From Mantamonas sphyraenae STR306 (taxonomy: Eukaryota; Protista; CRuMs), in contig JAPMXV010000015.1 of the NCBI GenBank assembly GCA_026936335.1, forward strand, positions 186,001-250,000: a stretch of 64,000 nt of DNA, read 5' to 3'. The translations under genes were made by a program, and so were the position numbers. Shown piece after piece: positions 39,439 to 49,724 of this stretch (within the stretch, counting starts at the first letter, position 1; each line of letters opens with the position of its first letter). Under the pieces are notes generated by a model. It was not told the origin of the DNA and did not search any database. It saw nothing but the letters and a program-made list of their open reading frames with translations.

Positions 39439-41607
39439 TCACGCCCGCACCAACGCACCTCCCCCCACCGTCGCCGCCGTCGCATTTGCACTCGGCACCA
39501 GCTCTGCCCCGTGCACTTCACACGTCAGCTGGATCAACTCTCCATCCTCTGCCTGCCTGTTGAACGCCTTGTACGGCAACACAATCGACAGCAGCGGTTG
39601 TCCGCTTCCTTCCCCTTTCCCTGCACTCATGCTCAGCCCGCCTCCCACCTTCATCATCATCTCCCCTCCACCTCCACTCACGTTGCCCATCAGCCCTTCC
39701 ATGCTGCTTGCCAGCATCGCCTTTCGCTCTGCCGCTCGCTTCTCCTGCTCCTCTGCAACAATCATCCCCACCGTCTTCTCCTCCCCGTCCTCCTTCTTCC
39801 CGCCTCCCATTCCTCCTCCCATCCCCTGCGTCGATGCCAGAGTCTGCACAGGCTTGCGTGCACGTCGGCTACGTCGCACAAACCCGCCCTGTCCATACTC
39901 ACCTCCCTCCGTCTCCTCCTCCTGCTGCGACCCAATCGTCGAACCACGCTGCCCGTGTCCAATCTCCTCCACACCCATCTTGCTGCTTCCCTGTGCGTGC
40001 AGCTCCTCCTTCACTGCGTTCACCTCCATGCGTGCCTTGTCCATCGGCGACGCACGCAGCTGGAACGCGTCTCCGCAAAACACATACGTGTGCGGCTGGT
40101 CACGGTACGCCTCGACGTTTGCTGCACACCCGCCCTTCAGCTCGCTGCTGCTCTCTCCATGTTCCTCTTCTTCCTCCTCCTCCTCGTGGATGATCATCAC
40201 CGGCTTGCTGCCTCCGTCTCCCAGCCGCTGCTTCTTCGACGCCTGCACGCTCGCCAACTCTGACGCCTGCACATGCTCGTTCAGCTCCAGCTGACCCTTC
40301 AGCATCGCCGCCACCTCCTCCACTCCTCGCTTGCGGCCCTTGCCTGCCTCCGTCGCCTCCATCGGAGCAGGCGAAGCACGAGCACGCGGCGACACAACCT
40401 CGCCGCTGTTGCCACCGCCGCCGCCCACAGACAACAGTACACGACGACCCACCTCCACCTTGGGCACACTCTCGCCCTCGTAGGTCATCCCTGCCGCCGC
40501 TGCCGCCGCTGCTGCTGCGTTCAGCTCCTCGCCCGTCAGCTTGTTCTTCAGCTTCTTGGCTCCCGGTGCCATCAGCATGCCCACACTGAACAGGACCACA
40601 AGCACCATGCCCGTCGTCTGCAGTCGCTCCTGCTTCGCATAGTTGCGTCGTCCGCTCTTGCTCGGCTTGCTGATCGTCACCACACGCTTGCGCTGATGCG
40701 TCTCTCCGCTGCTGCTGCTGCTCATGCTGCTTGCATCATCGTCGTCCATCGAGTCGCTTGCCTGACTAGCAACCATCTCTTCCAGCTTTGCTTGCACAGC
40801 TTCGTTTGCGTGCGGTGCCAACAGTCCCTGCAGCACCTGGTTCTGCGACCGCAGCTGCCTGTTCTCAGCCTGCAGTGCAATCATCTCTCGGTGCAGTTGG
40901 TTGTTCTCTTCGTTCAGCTCGCTCACCTGCTTCTCCAGCGTCTCAATGTACTTCTTCTTTCGCTGCCTGCTCAGCTGCGCACTCTCTCGGTTCTTCAGCA
41001 GTCGTCGCTTGCGTCGCTCCTCACGCAGCTCCTGCTCCGTCTTCAGACGTCCATCCGGGTGGTGTGTGCTGATCGGTTCGTCCAGCGCGCTTGCGTCCGC
41101 AGACGTCGCCACCTTGCCATTCTTCTTGGCCTTGGCCGCATTTCCGCCCTTTTTCTTGCTGCGCCCGCTGCTACGTCCACTGCTCGTGCTGCTGCTTTCG
41201 CTGTCGCTCTCATCCTCCGCCTTGGCCACAGTGCGGCTCTCGCCCACGCTCGGCACGTCCATCAGCTGTGCAGCTGCGCACGCCGCCTGCAAAAGCGTTG
41301 CTTGGTTTGCATCCGCCGTTTCTCCGTTTGCCCCTCCCTTTTGCTTCTCCTCCAGCCCCATGGCGTTGTGCAGACGCACTGCTGCATCTGCCCGCTGCAG
41401 CTCCCCCATCAGGTCCAGATCCATGTCTGCGTTGTTCACATACTCACTCGTGGTCGAGTTGGTAGACGAAAAGCTGTGCGGCGAGGTCGGGTCGTGGCAC
41501 TCCACCATCACGTCTTCGAACCCTCCCTGCAGCATCTGGCTGCTCAGCAGGTCGCTTTCCAGGTCCAGATAATGCGAGCTCTGGTCGCTCGTGTCAAAGA
41601 AATCCAT
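39439..41607 (-). CDS. Membrane-tethered ATF6-like bZIP transcription factor (copy 2, 722 aa)
   Basis: Near-identical to 29566..31746, with a 4-aa shorter Gly tract and two substitutions. Confidence 0.8.
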   Translation of the reverse strand: MDFFDTSDQSSHYLDLESDLLSSQMLQGGFEDVMVECHDPTSPHSFSSTNSTTSEYVNNADMDLDLMGELQRADAAVRLHNAMGLEEKQKGGANGETADANQATLLQAACAAAQLMDVPSVGESRTVAKAEDESDSESSSTSSGRSSGRSKKKGGNAAKAKKNGKVATSADASALDEPISTHHPDGRLKTEQELREERRKRRLLKNRESAQLSRQRKKKYIETLEKQVSELNEENNQLHREMIALQAENRQLRSQNQVLQGLLAPHANEAVQAKLEEMVASQASDSMDDDDASSMSSSSSGETHQRKRVVTISKPSKSGRRNYAKQERLQTTGMVLVVLFSVGMLMAPGAKKLKNKLTGEELNAAAAAAAAAGMTYEGESVPKVEVGRRVLLSVGGGGGNSGEVVSPRARASPAPMEATEAGKGRKRGVEEVAAMLKGQLELNEHVQASELASVQASKKQRLGDGGSKPVMIIHEEEEEEEEHGESSSELKGGCAANVEAYRDQPHTYVFCGDAFQLRASPMDKARMEVNAVKEELHAQGSSKMGVEEIGHGQRGSTIGSQQEEETEGGEYGQGGFVRRSRRARKPVQTLASTQGMGGGMGGGKKEDGEEKTVGMIVAEEQEKRAAERKAMLASSMEGLMGNVSGGGGEMMMKVGGGLSMSAGKGEGSGQPLLSIVLPYKAFNRQAEDGELIQLTCEVHGAELVPSANATAATVGGGALVRA

Positions 41608-42543
41608 TGTGTCGGGTAGCGCCGTGCATCGGCTGCCCGTTTTCTCTCTTTCTTCTTCTCACCGCCCGGCCCCACGCCACACAGACCTCCCCTGCATCTC
41701 TCGCACTGCATGTGTGTGCCCCATGGCCACATCTCACGCCCATGTGCCTTTCACATCCTCTGCATCTCCAACCGGGCCGTGCGTACGCCCCGAGTGGCCG
41801 ATGACGTCAAAACACGGCCCCGCCGCCCCGAATTCGCCGCAATTCCCGACTCGCCTTGCTCTCGTGCTTCCCGCCCGAAACTTTTTGTGCACCAGCCCTG
41901 CTTTTGGGCACTGACAGGTGCCATGACCAACCAAGCATGCAAGCTGTGTGCATGTGCATGACACTTGTGCTTGTGTGCACATGTCCAGGACACTCCTTCG
42001 GAGGGTTGTGCTTGTGTAGAAGCGTCGCGAGAACCGTGTGAAGAAAGGTCCGAAGGAGGGCCGCCCCAAATCTCCCGCCCCACGTCGCACTGTGACGTCA
42101 TCGTTCCACACCAACGCACCCCCGGACTGCATACCCTCCCAACCATGCATCAACCCACACACAGTCCGTACACGCAGCTGTGAGTCTCAGTACCGCTGGC
42201 AGCGCAAGGTATAAAGTTGTGCGTGCACCTCAGCCCCGATTCGCCCAACCCAAGCACAAAAAAAACCGACCACCCGAAAGGAAGGAAACTCGCCGCTGCA
42301 CACAAATTCACCGCGGAACTCTCTCTTCCAATCAACACCACCACCCCTCCTCCCACCCAACCAACGCTTCCCGTTTCAACCCTACCCATACTGGACACAC
42401 ACGTGTACCAAGTCCGATTGAGCACACAACCAAACGCCGATCAGAAACCCCAACCCATTCTTCTCGAGAATTTCCGAGAACGCGGACCACCGCACAGCAC
42501 ATATAGAAACGAAACACACGAAAGCAAGAGACCAATCGACACA

Positions 42544-44022
42544 ATGCAGCAACGATTCAACGACCACGACGTGGCGTCAGTGAAAGTGACGCCGGATCTG
42601 AAGCACGTGCTCCGGCTGATGTGCCAGCTTGTGCTGCAGCCTGAGAAGCGCTTCAGCGACAAACCCATGCATGAGGACCTGGAAAAGATGACGGGTCGTC
42701 ACTACGTCAACAACGGAGACATCATCCGAGCCAGCGACCTGCACTGGACGGAGGCACACATCAACATGTTCTACTTCCGGCAAATGTGCCTGAAGAACGG
42801 AGCTATTGCAGCCGCAGGCACGCCAAGCAAGTACCTGCGCATGCTGTTCCGCAACCACAAGCGCATTGTCAAGGGCCAGTACTTTATCGAGATGGACTGG
42901 CTGCTGGCTCTGGTGAATACGCTGGACGAGGAACTTGCGCGCGAATTGTACCAACGGCTGTCAGAAGCGCGCAGCACACACAAGCACAACCAACAGGTGG
43001 ACCACGAGACGTTCCCTCCGGCCAACGCTGTGGTGACCAACAAGATTGTGACGGAGGACGGACGTGTGGAGTCTGGAGACGGACCGATCACGACGTTGAA
43101 CATCAAGAGCGGCAGCCGCATGACACAGCAGCTGGACGGGTCGTCGAACGGCAAGAGCACGCCTGTGCGACGTGGATCACGACGCAGCAACCGACGACGC
43201 ACATCCAAGTACGACGATCTGATGGACGAAGAGTCATCGGATGCAGAGTACGTGCCTCCGTCTCGGGCGCGCAGCGAACGAAGCGCGGCAGCGCGTGCCA
43301 CACAAGCGCTGGCAGACGATGACACGCTGGCCATGGGCAACCTGGGCACACTGAACAACCTGAACCTGAACTTCAACTCTGTGGCCAAGCTGGAGCTGCC
43401 GTCGGAGTCGACGATGACGCTGGACGAGGGCGAACACAGCGACAACGACACGGTGCCGGACGACTACATGTCGACGGCGAGTGGCGACAGCGGAAGCGGA
43501 CACAAGCGCAGCCGAGACGTGATGATGGAGGATGTGCTTGTGGACACGACGCCCGTGGCACATGTGTTTAAGAAGCAGGCTGTGGCAAACGCGGCTGAGC
43601 TGCCTTCGAGCACGCCTCTGTACGATGTGCTCAACTCGTTGCACTTTGAGCCGAGCCACAAGAACATCGACCAGGTGTGGGGTACAGGCTCGTCGTCGTC
43701 GTCTGTGGCAGCAACCGCAGGCGCAACCGCAGGCGCAGGCGCAGAGACACCCGAGCTGAAGCCGCAGTGGCAACCGCTGGCAAGCGAGGCAAGCGAGGTG
43801 ACCGAGGCGCTGAAGCTGCCCACAGTCGGACATGCAGCAAAGCTGGGCGGCAGCGGAAGCAGCAGCGGAAGCAGCTTTGCACTGAGCGCACTGCCTTCGA
43901 TGACGAGCGTGGGCGACGAGTACGGGCAGATGGACCAGCTGTTTTCGCTGGACATGGACACGTACACGTTTGGCAACGACGACACGATGATGGTGTACAA
44001 CGACCTGGAGGAGGTTGTGTAA
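42544..44022 (+). CDS. Uncharacterised protein (copy 2)
   Basis: Near-identical to 27149..28627. Confidence 0.7.
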   Translation: MQQRFNDHDVASVKVTPDLKHVLRLMCQLVLQPEKRFSDKPMHEDLEKMTGRHYVNNGDIIRASDLHWTEAHINMFYFRQMCLKNGAIAAAGTPSKYLRMLFRNHKRIVKGQYFIEMDWLLALVNTLDEELARELYQRLSEARSTHKHNQQVDHETFPPANAVVTNKIVTEDGRVESGDGPITTLNIKSGSRMTQQLDGSSNGKSTPVRRGSRRSNRRRTSKYDDLMDEESSDAEYVPPSRARSERSAAARATQALADDDTLAMGNLGTLNNLNLNFNSVAKLELPSESTMTLDEGEHSDNDTVPDDYMSTASGDSGSGHKRSRDVMMEDVLVDTTPVAHVFKKQAVANAAELPSSTPLYDVLNSLHFEPSHKNIDQVWGTGSSSSSVAATAGATAGAGAETPELKPQWQPLASEASEVTEALKLPTVGHAAKLGGSGSSSGSSFALSALPSMTSVGDEYGQMDQLFSLDMDTYTFGNDDTMMVYNDLEEVV

Positions 44023-44590
44023 GGCGTGCAGCCTTGTCACAACATCCGAGCAGGTGAAGGACTGCGGAGACGATGGAGAGGCGCAGACGCTGAAACGCGG
44101 ACGGACGCACTGTTTTTCGTGCGTGCGCGCGTGTGGGACGGCGTGCTGTGCAAGGAACGAGGCCTGTGGGGAGAGTGAGGAGGCAAGGGAGAGGAGGATG
44201 GAGTTGCCTGTGGCTGCTGCAGAACCCACTCGAGAAGAACTGGGGCGTTGTCCGCTCTCTCGAGGTTGGGATTCTGTGGTGCGTGTGTACGCACACACAC
44301 ACACATGGCATCCTCCACCTCCTCCCCCATGTCTAGATCTTTTGGATCTGCTCTCCCCAATGTTCTGGCAGGCGAAAGGGCTGGCACCGATTTTCAGTGG
44401 CCAGCATCCCACCAAACCACCCACAAAGGACAACGCAAACACACAAACTTTGAATATACCACCAACACTTCCCCCCCCTTAAACTCCTTCCTTTCTCTCT
44501 ACCCTCTTGTGCATTGTCTCGCCCTCACCTTTCTCGCACCCTCGCGGCCACCCAAACACCCCCTGCTCTTCCCAACGAAACTCCGTGAGG

Positions 44591-45333
44591 ATGAGTGTTC
44601 CTGCTGGCAAAGAGATCAAGGTGCTCCTGGACGCCGAAAAGATCGCATCACGTGTGGCGGAACTGGGCGAGGAGATTCGCGCGACATATAGCGCCGACGA
44701 CACGATTGTCGTGGTTGGTGTTCTGCGCGGCGCGTTCATCTTTATGGCCGACCTGGTGCGTGCCATCCACGGCCCAGTGGTCACCGACTTTTTCCAGTGT
44801 GCTTCGTACGAGGGCACCGAAAGCACGGGCGAGGTGACCATCATCCAAGATGTGCGCACCGATCTCGAGGACAAGCACGTGCTCATTGTAGAGGACATCT
44901 GCGACACAGGCACGACTTTGGAGGTGCTTATCCAGATGTTCAAGGTGGGTTTGCGTCTCTCGTGGACGTGTGAACAGCGCGGGAAGGAACTTCCTTGGTC
45001 CGCCCACGAGATGTTTCCGGAAGCGTCCACCGACTGACCAATCTGACACCGTACAACCACGCACGTGACGCACACGCATGATATGTCTTGGTTCCACAAT
45101 AGGAGCGCAACCCTAAGAGTCTGCGCACGGCTGTGCTGCTGAACAAGCCGTCGCGACGAACCGCAGAGAATCTGACGCTGGATTTCGTGGCGTTTGAGAT
45201 CGAAGACCTGTTTGTGATCGGGTACGGCTTGGATTTGGACCAACAGTACCGCAACCTGCCGTATGTGGGTCTGGTAGTGGACAGCACGGCCGAGGAGAGC
45301 ACAGGAGAGGAGAGTCCCGTTTTGGAACCTTGA
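44591..45333 (+). CDS. HPRT: Hypoxanthine phosphoribosyltransferase; intron 44945-45102
   Basis: VGVLRGAFIFMADL, PRPP-binding VLIVEDICDTGTTL, FVIGYGLD...YRNLPYVG; GT...AG intron restores the frame. Confidence 0.93.
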
Positions 45334-45442
45334 CGCAAAAACATGAATCCGTCGCAGCACCGCCTCCACAAGAGCATTGGATGTCCCCACTGTGTCTCCA
45401 CGGCTGGACGCCTTGCACACGTGCGTTGGATGCATTCAGTGT

Positions 45443-46054
45443 TCATTTCGACAAAGATTCTACCCACCAGTCGACCACTTGAGGAAGCACCTCCTCCAGC
45501 AGCTGCAATTGCGTCGTCTTGTCCATGTCGGCAAAGGAAGGCACGTGAACAAAGAAGCATGCGACGTCTGTGCGCTTGAGTGCAGCGGTGGCAACGATGC
45601 CCTGCCACAGTGTGTAGTTGCAGATGTAGGTGCCTGCAGAGTCACTGAGGACCACGCCGTCGGGCAGTTGGTCGCCAGGATAGCTGTACACAAGACTGGG
45701 CGACACCTTGTCTGTGTCCCACGCATCGTCGATGGCCTGGTCGCGCGGCTGCTTGCCATCCGCATCAGGAATCCGAAATTCAGCGAGGTTCACAGCCTGC
45801 CGCTCCAGGCAGATGTTTGCCCTGCCGGCCGCCACACCAAGGTGGATAAACAGGTGTGGGTGTTTTGTGTCGAGAGAGTGTGTGTTTGTGTCCAGGTAGG
45901 CGTCGACGGCAGTCATGGAGACGTCGAGGAGGGTGCGAGACTCGACAGTGATTCCCTGCGCGTCCAGTTGCAACTCCTCCAGCAATTCGGCGGTGGGGTT
46001 TTTGTCCACCGAGCCAAACGCACCGAATGCGGTGAGATGGATGCTCACAGACAT
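45443..46054 (-). CDS. PGPEP1: Pyroglutamyl-peptidase I (peptidase C15)
   Basis: TAFGAFGSVDKNPT; catalytic E (LERQAVN), C (SAGTYICNY) and H (FVHVP). Confidence 0.9.
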   Translation of the reverse strand: MSVSIHLTAFGAFGSVDKNPTAELLEELQLDAQGITVESRTLLDVSMTAVDAYLDTNTHSLDTKHPHLFIHLGVAAGRANICLERQAVNLAEFRIPDADGKQPRDQAIDDAWDTDKVSPSLVYSYPGDQLPDGVVLSDSAGTYICNYTLWQGIVATAALKRTDVACFFVHVPSFADMDKTTQLQLLEEVLPQVVDWWVESLSK

Positions 46055-46141
46055 GTGAGGCGCTGGTAAGAACGGGGTGAAGGGGGTTTGGTTTGGCTGC
46101 GCGCAGCTTGCCAAACACAACAAAGCACACCCAGCACCCCG

Positions 46142-48447
46142 ATGAGCCTGAACGATTCGTTCGACTCACTGGCACTGTCTGAGGAAGGCGGCGAGGAGGA
46201 GGTGTTTGCGTCGAGCGAGAACAGCAGCACGCTTCTGGAGACGGCGGGAGGAGGCGACCAGGTGCGCGAGGCAGTGGTGCAACCGCTGGAGCGACTTTCG
46301 CCCGACCCAGGGGCCCCAGCACCCATCGAACGGCCACAGGTGCGCGAGAGCAGCACGTCGATGTCACCTGGAGGCATGGGCGAGGGTTCTGGAGTGAGTA
46401 GCAGGCAGACAGAGACACAGGAAGGGGAGGAAGAAGCAGAGGAGGAGGAGGAGGAGGTGGTGGAGATCGACGAAGACGGGTACATCCAGAGAAGCGGGGT
46501 GGCCGGGACAGAGACACAGACAGAGGGTGACAGGTATGGACTGGGCAATGAGGAGGAGGGCCAGGAGGAGGAGGAGGATGCACAGGGAGGTGACGGGGAG
46601 GAGGGAGCGGCGCGCGTGTTTTTCATCTTCAACAACTTGGGCGAGGCACGTGTGCGACACATTGCGGTGTCATCGACCATCCGGGAGATTCGACAGCGAT
46701 TGTCCAATGACATCCGCTACCCGATGCAGGAGATCAATCTGTTGCACGACGGTGAGTTACGGCGGGGCGTGAGGGTGGGAGCGGCCAACGGCAACGGCTA
46801 AAATGCACGCCGGCCTGCTGCGAGGGTGTGAGCGGGGATGGACACGGAAACGCGTGCAAGGCGATGGAAGAGGATGGTTTGGAGCGTATGGGGTGTGACA
46901 TGAGTGGATGGGTGTGCATGGGACTGACACAAAACGGGGCGTGGGCATTGGCTCGAAAACGCGTTGGGGCGCTTTTGCTTTTTGGGTGGACAAAAGGCAA
47001 ACTGCTGGAAGACCCGTACACACTGGCGGAGTACGGAATCGAGGCGAATGTAAAGACGGAGCTGGACGTGCAGATTGGCGTGCTGCAGGTGGACGAAGAG
47101 GAGGATGGGGAAGGGGAAGAGGAGGAAGAAGTGGACGGGACGGGTGGGAGGCCGAGTCAGGACGAGGACGGACAGCCAATCTACGTGGACGAATCGGCGT
47201 ACGACTTTGAGTACGCAACGGGGGAGGAGTACGAATTGCCGGATGTGATTCCCGTGGAGGTGCACTACGCGTCGAATGTGCCGAGCAAGGTTGTGCGTGT
47301 GGAGATCAAAAAGTTTGAGGGCAAGAAGCCCTTTGTGGGTGGGTTCCGTCACAAGATGACGCGTGTGGAGTACCACCACGCATACACACAGACGCCGCGC
47401 AGCGAAGCGGACATTGAACGGCGGCAGAAGGCGTTGAGTGTGCAAAAGGCACACCGGAGCACGCAGACGCCGTCGTTGGTGACGCGGTCGCAACAGACGA
47501 CGCGAGAGCAGGGGACGCAGATGGCCAAGCCGGGGGTGTTTGTGGACGAGCGCAACGACGTCATCATGATTCCTGGGCCGTACTTTAGCAGCGAGCAACT
47601 GCACGAGGTGCAGGTGGACGCTTGTGTGACGATCCAGAAGTACCTGCGAGGATACTTTGCTCGCAAGCGTGCGCGTGCGTTGCTGGAGGAGCGCCGGGCA
47701 GAGTTTCGTGAGGAGGAGTCACGCAACCAGGAGGAGGCGCTGGAGAGGGAGGCACGACGACGCAAGGAAATCGAACGGCGGATGCATCCAAAGAGCAAGG
47801 CAGACTTTGAGCTGTTGTACAGCGAGCTGGAGGCGTGGCGATTGCAGGAGACACGGAAGATCCAGGAGAATCCGGAGCTGGAGGAGGATGAGCGGAAGGC
47901 GCTGATGCACGAACTGTTGGCCAAGGAGACAAAGCTGCTGCAGACGATCGATCGGCTCAAGATCCAGGCGAGCAAGCAGAACAAGGAGAGTAGCATCAAC
48001 AAGCGGTTGCAGCTGATGAGTGCGCCGAAGCAGTGGATGATGGGCGACGGAAGTGTGGTGGAGGTGGACACGCCGTTCACCACGCGTGCCAAGGAACTGT
48101 TGCAACTGTACGAGTCGCTGAACATGAAGCTGCTGACCATCGACGAGCGTCTGGACGTGCTGCTCCACGTCAAGTGGACGGTGAAGGAGTTTGACTGCAA
48201 CCTGACACGCGACCTCGTGGAACTGATCGACCGCGAGTTTGACCTGCTCGATCGCGGACGCAGCGAAAAGTCGTTGGACAAACTGCGCAAACGCATCAGC
48301 AACCTGTTTCTGCAGTTTTGCGAAACACCCGAGTTCAACCCAGAGTCCGCTCGCTTCAGCAAGGTGCCCTACAATCTCGTGCAACGCTCGCAAACAAAGC
48401 CGCTGTCACGAGCAGGCTCCTCCTCGTCACGCAGTGCACGCCGGTGA
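46142..48447 (+). CDS. IQUB: IQ and ubiquitin-like domain-containing protein (flagellar radial spoke, FAP253); intron 46752-46996
   Basis: Ubiquitin-like segment; KPFVGGFRHKMTRVEYHHAYTQT; IQ motif TIQKYLRGYFARKR; RRMHPKSKADFELLY; ERLDVLLHVKWTVKEFDCNLTRDLVELIDRE; LFLQFCETPEFNPE. Confidence 0.9.
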
Positions 48448-48566
48448 TGCGGGTTGATGGAGAGGAGAAGAGAGGGTGTGAGTTTGGGAGGGGAAAGGGG
48501 GGTTGGTTGAAATGCACAAAGGTTTGGCAGTTGCGAGTTGTGTGCCAAGAGAAATTCTGGGCAGAA

Positions 48567-49711
48567 ATGAGCACGACCAAGAAAGAACGCGCTGCATGGA
48601 TGGACATTGTGGCTGGGACGGCTGGTGGGGTAGCTCAGGGTAGGTGGGAAGAAGGGCAGGAAGGGCGCGGGAGGGCGGAGGGGGGCCGGGAAAGGGAATG
48701 ACGCTGACGGGAATCTCTCCGGGAACGCCGTGCTAAAGTGATCTCGGGCCATCCGCTGGACACAATCAAGGTGCGACTGCAGACGCAGCCTACACCGAAG
48801 AAGGGGGTCGCACCCATGTACACAGGGATGGTGGATTGCGCAAAAAAGACGGTGGCGGCGGAAGGGGTACGTGGTTTTGCGTTTTCGCGGGGTGCCTGGG
48901 AATTTTCGAGGGTGGGATTTTGACAACATGCGAAGCTGCGAGCACGGGAAGCGACGGTGGAGCTGACACGGGGCCACACATGGACACGGACGGGCACCAT
49001 ACGCACGGAACACAGTTTATGGGCTTGTACAAAGGGGTCACGAGTCCAATGATGGGGGTCAGTATCAACACGGCGCTGATGTTTTTCTCGTACGGGTGGT
49101 GCAAGACGGCGCTGGCGGAAGATCCGGAGCACCTGACGCCACGGGAGGGCTTTGTGTGCGGTTTGCTGGCAGGCGTGGCTGTGTCCCTGTCTGAATGTCC
49201 GGTGGACAACTTTAAGTGCAAACTGCAGGTGCAGGGTCAGGGTGGAGAGGCGCTGGAGGGGTCGACGCGGTACACAGGGGTGCTGGACGCAGCTGGCAAG
49301 ATTTACCGGTCGCACGGTTTGCGTGGGGTGTACCATGGCATGAGTGCAACGTTGTTGCGCAACGTGCCTGCCAACAGTGCGTACTTTGGGGCGTACGAGC
49401 TGGTGAAAGGGCTGTGCAAGGAGAGCGAGGCTGTGCCGGACGTGTGGGCTGTGCCGGCAGGCGCTGCAGCTGCAGGAATTGTCTACTGGCTGGCTTGCTT
49501 CCCATTCGACGTGATGAAGAGCACCATCCAGAGCCAGGCCGTGTCGGAGACGCTGAGTTTGCGTCAGGCGGCGTCGCTGATCTACAGGGAGGGCGGCATG
49601 GGTGGGTTTTTCAGAGGCTTTACACCCTGCATGGTACGTTCGGTGCCAGCCAACGTCGCCACCTTTGTGGCCTACGAGGCTGTGATGGACTACTTGACTG
49701 CGCAGCAGTAA
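48567..49711 (+). CDS. Mitochondrial carrier, carnitine/acylcarnitine-ornithine (SLC25A20/29-like) group; introns 48640-48738 and 48867-49015
   Basis: Three Px[DE]xxK signatures ([33 protein letters not shown]); GLYKGVTSP; RSVPAN. Confidence 0.88.
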
Positions 49712-49724
49712 AAACGGTGTTTGT

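Larger units (their letters stand above)
38305..44537 (-). repeat. Right arm of inverted segmental duplication
   Basis: Reverse complement of 35102-36152 joined through a 4-nt AGCC junction (~39344-39347) to the reverse complement of 26635-31837. Confidence 0.95.

Noticed and set aside
26635-44537. Giant transposon or endogenous virus bounded by terminal inverted repeats
   Set aside because: The arms contain ordinary intron-bearing host genes. No integrase, polymerase, capsid or transposase gene and no TSD was seen.
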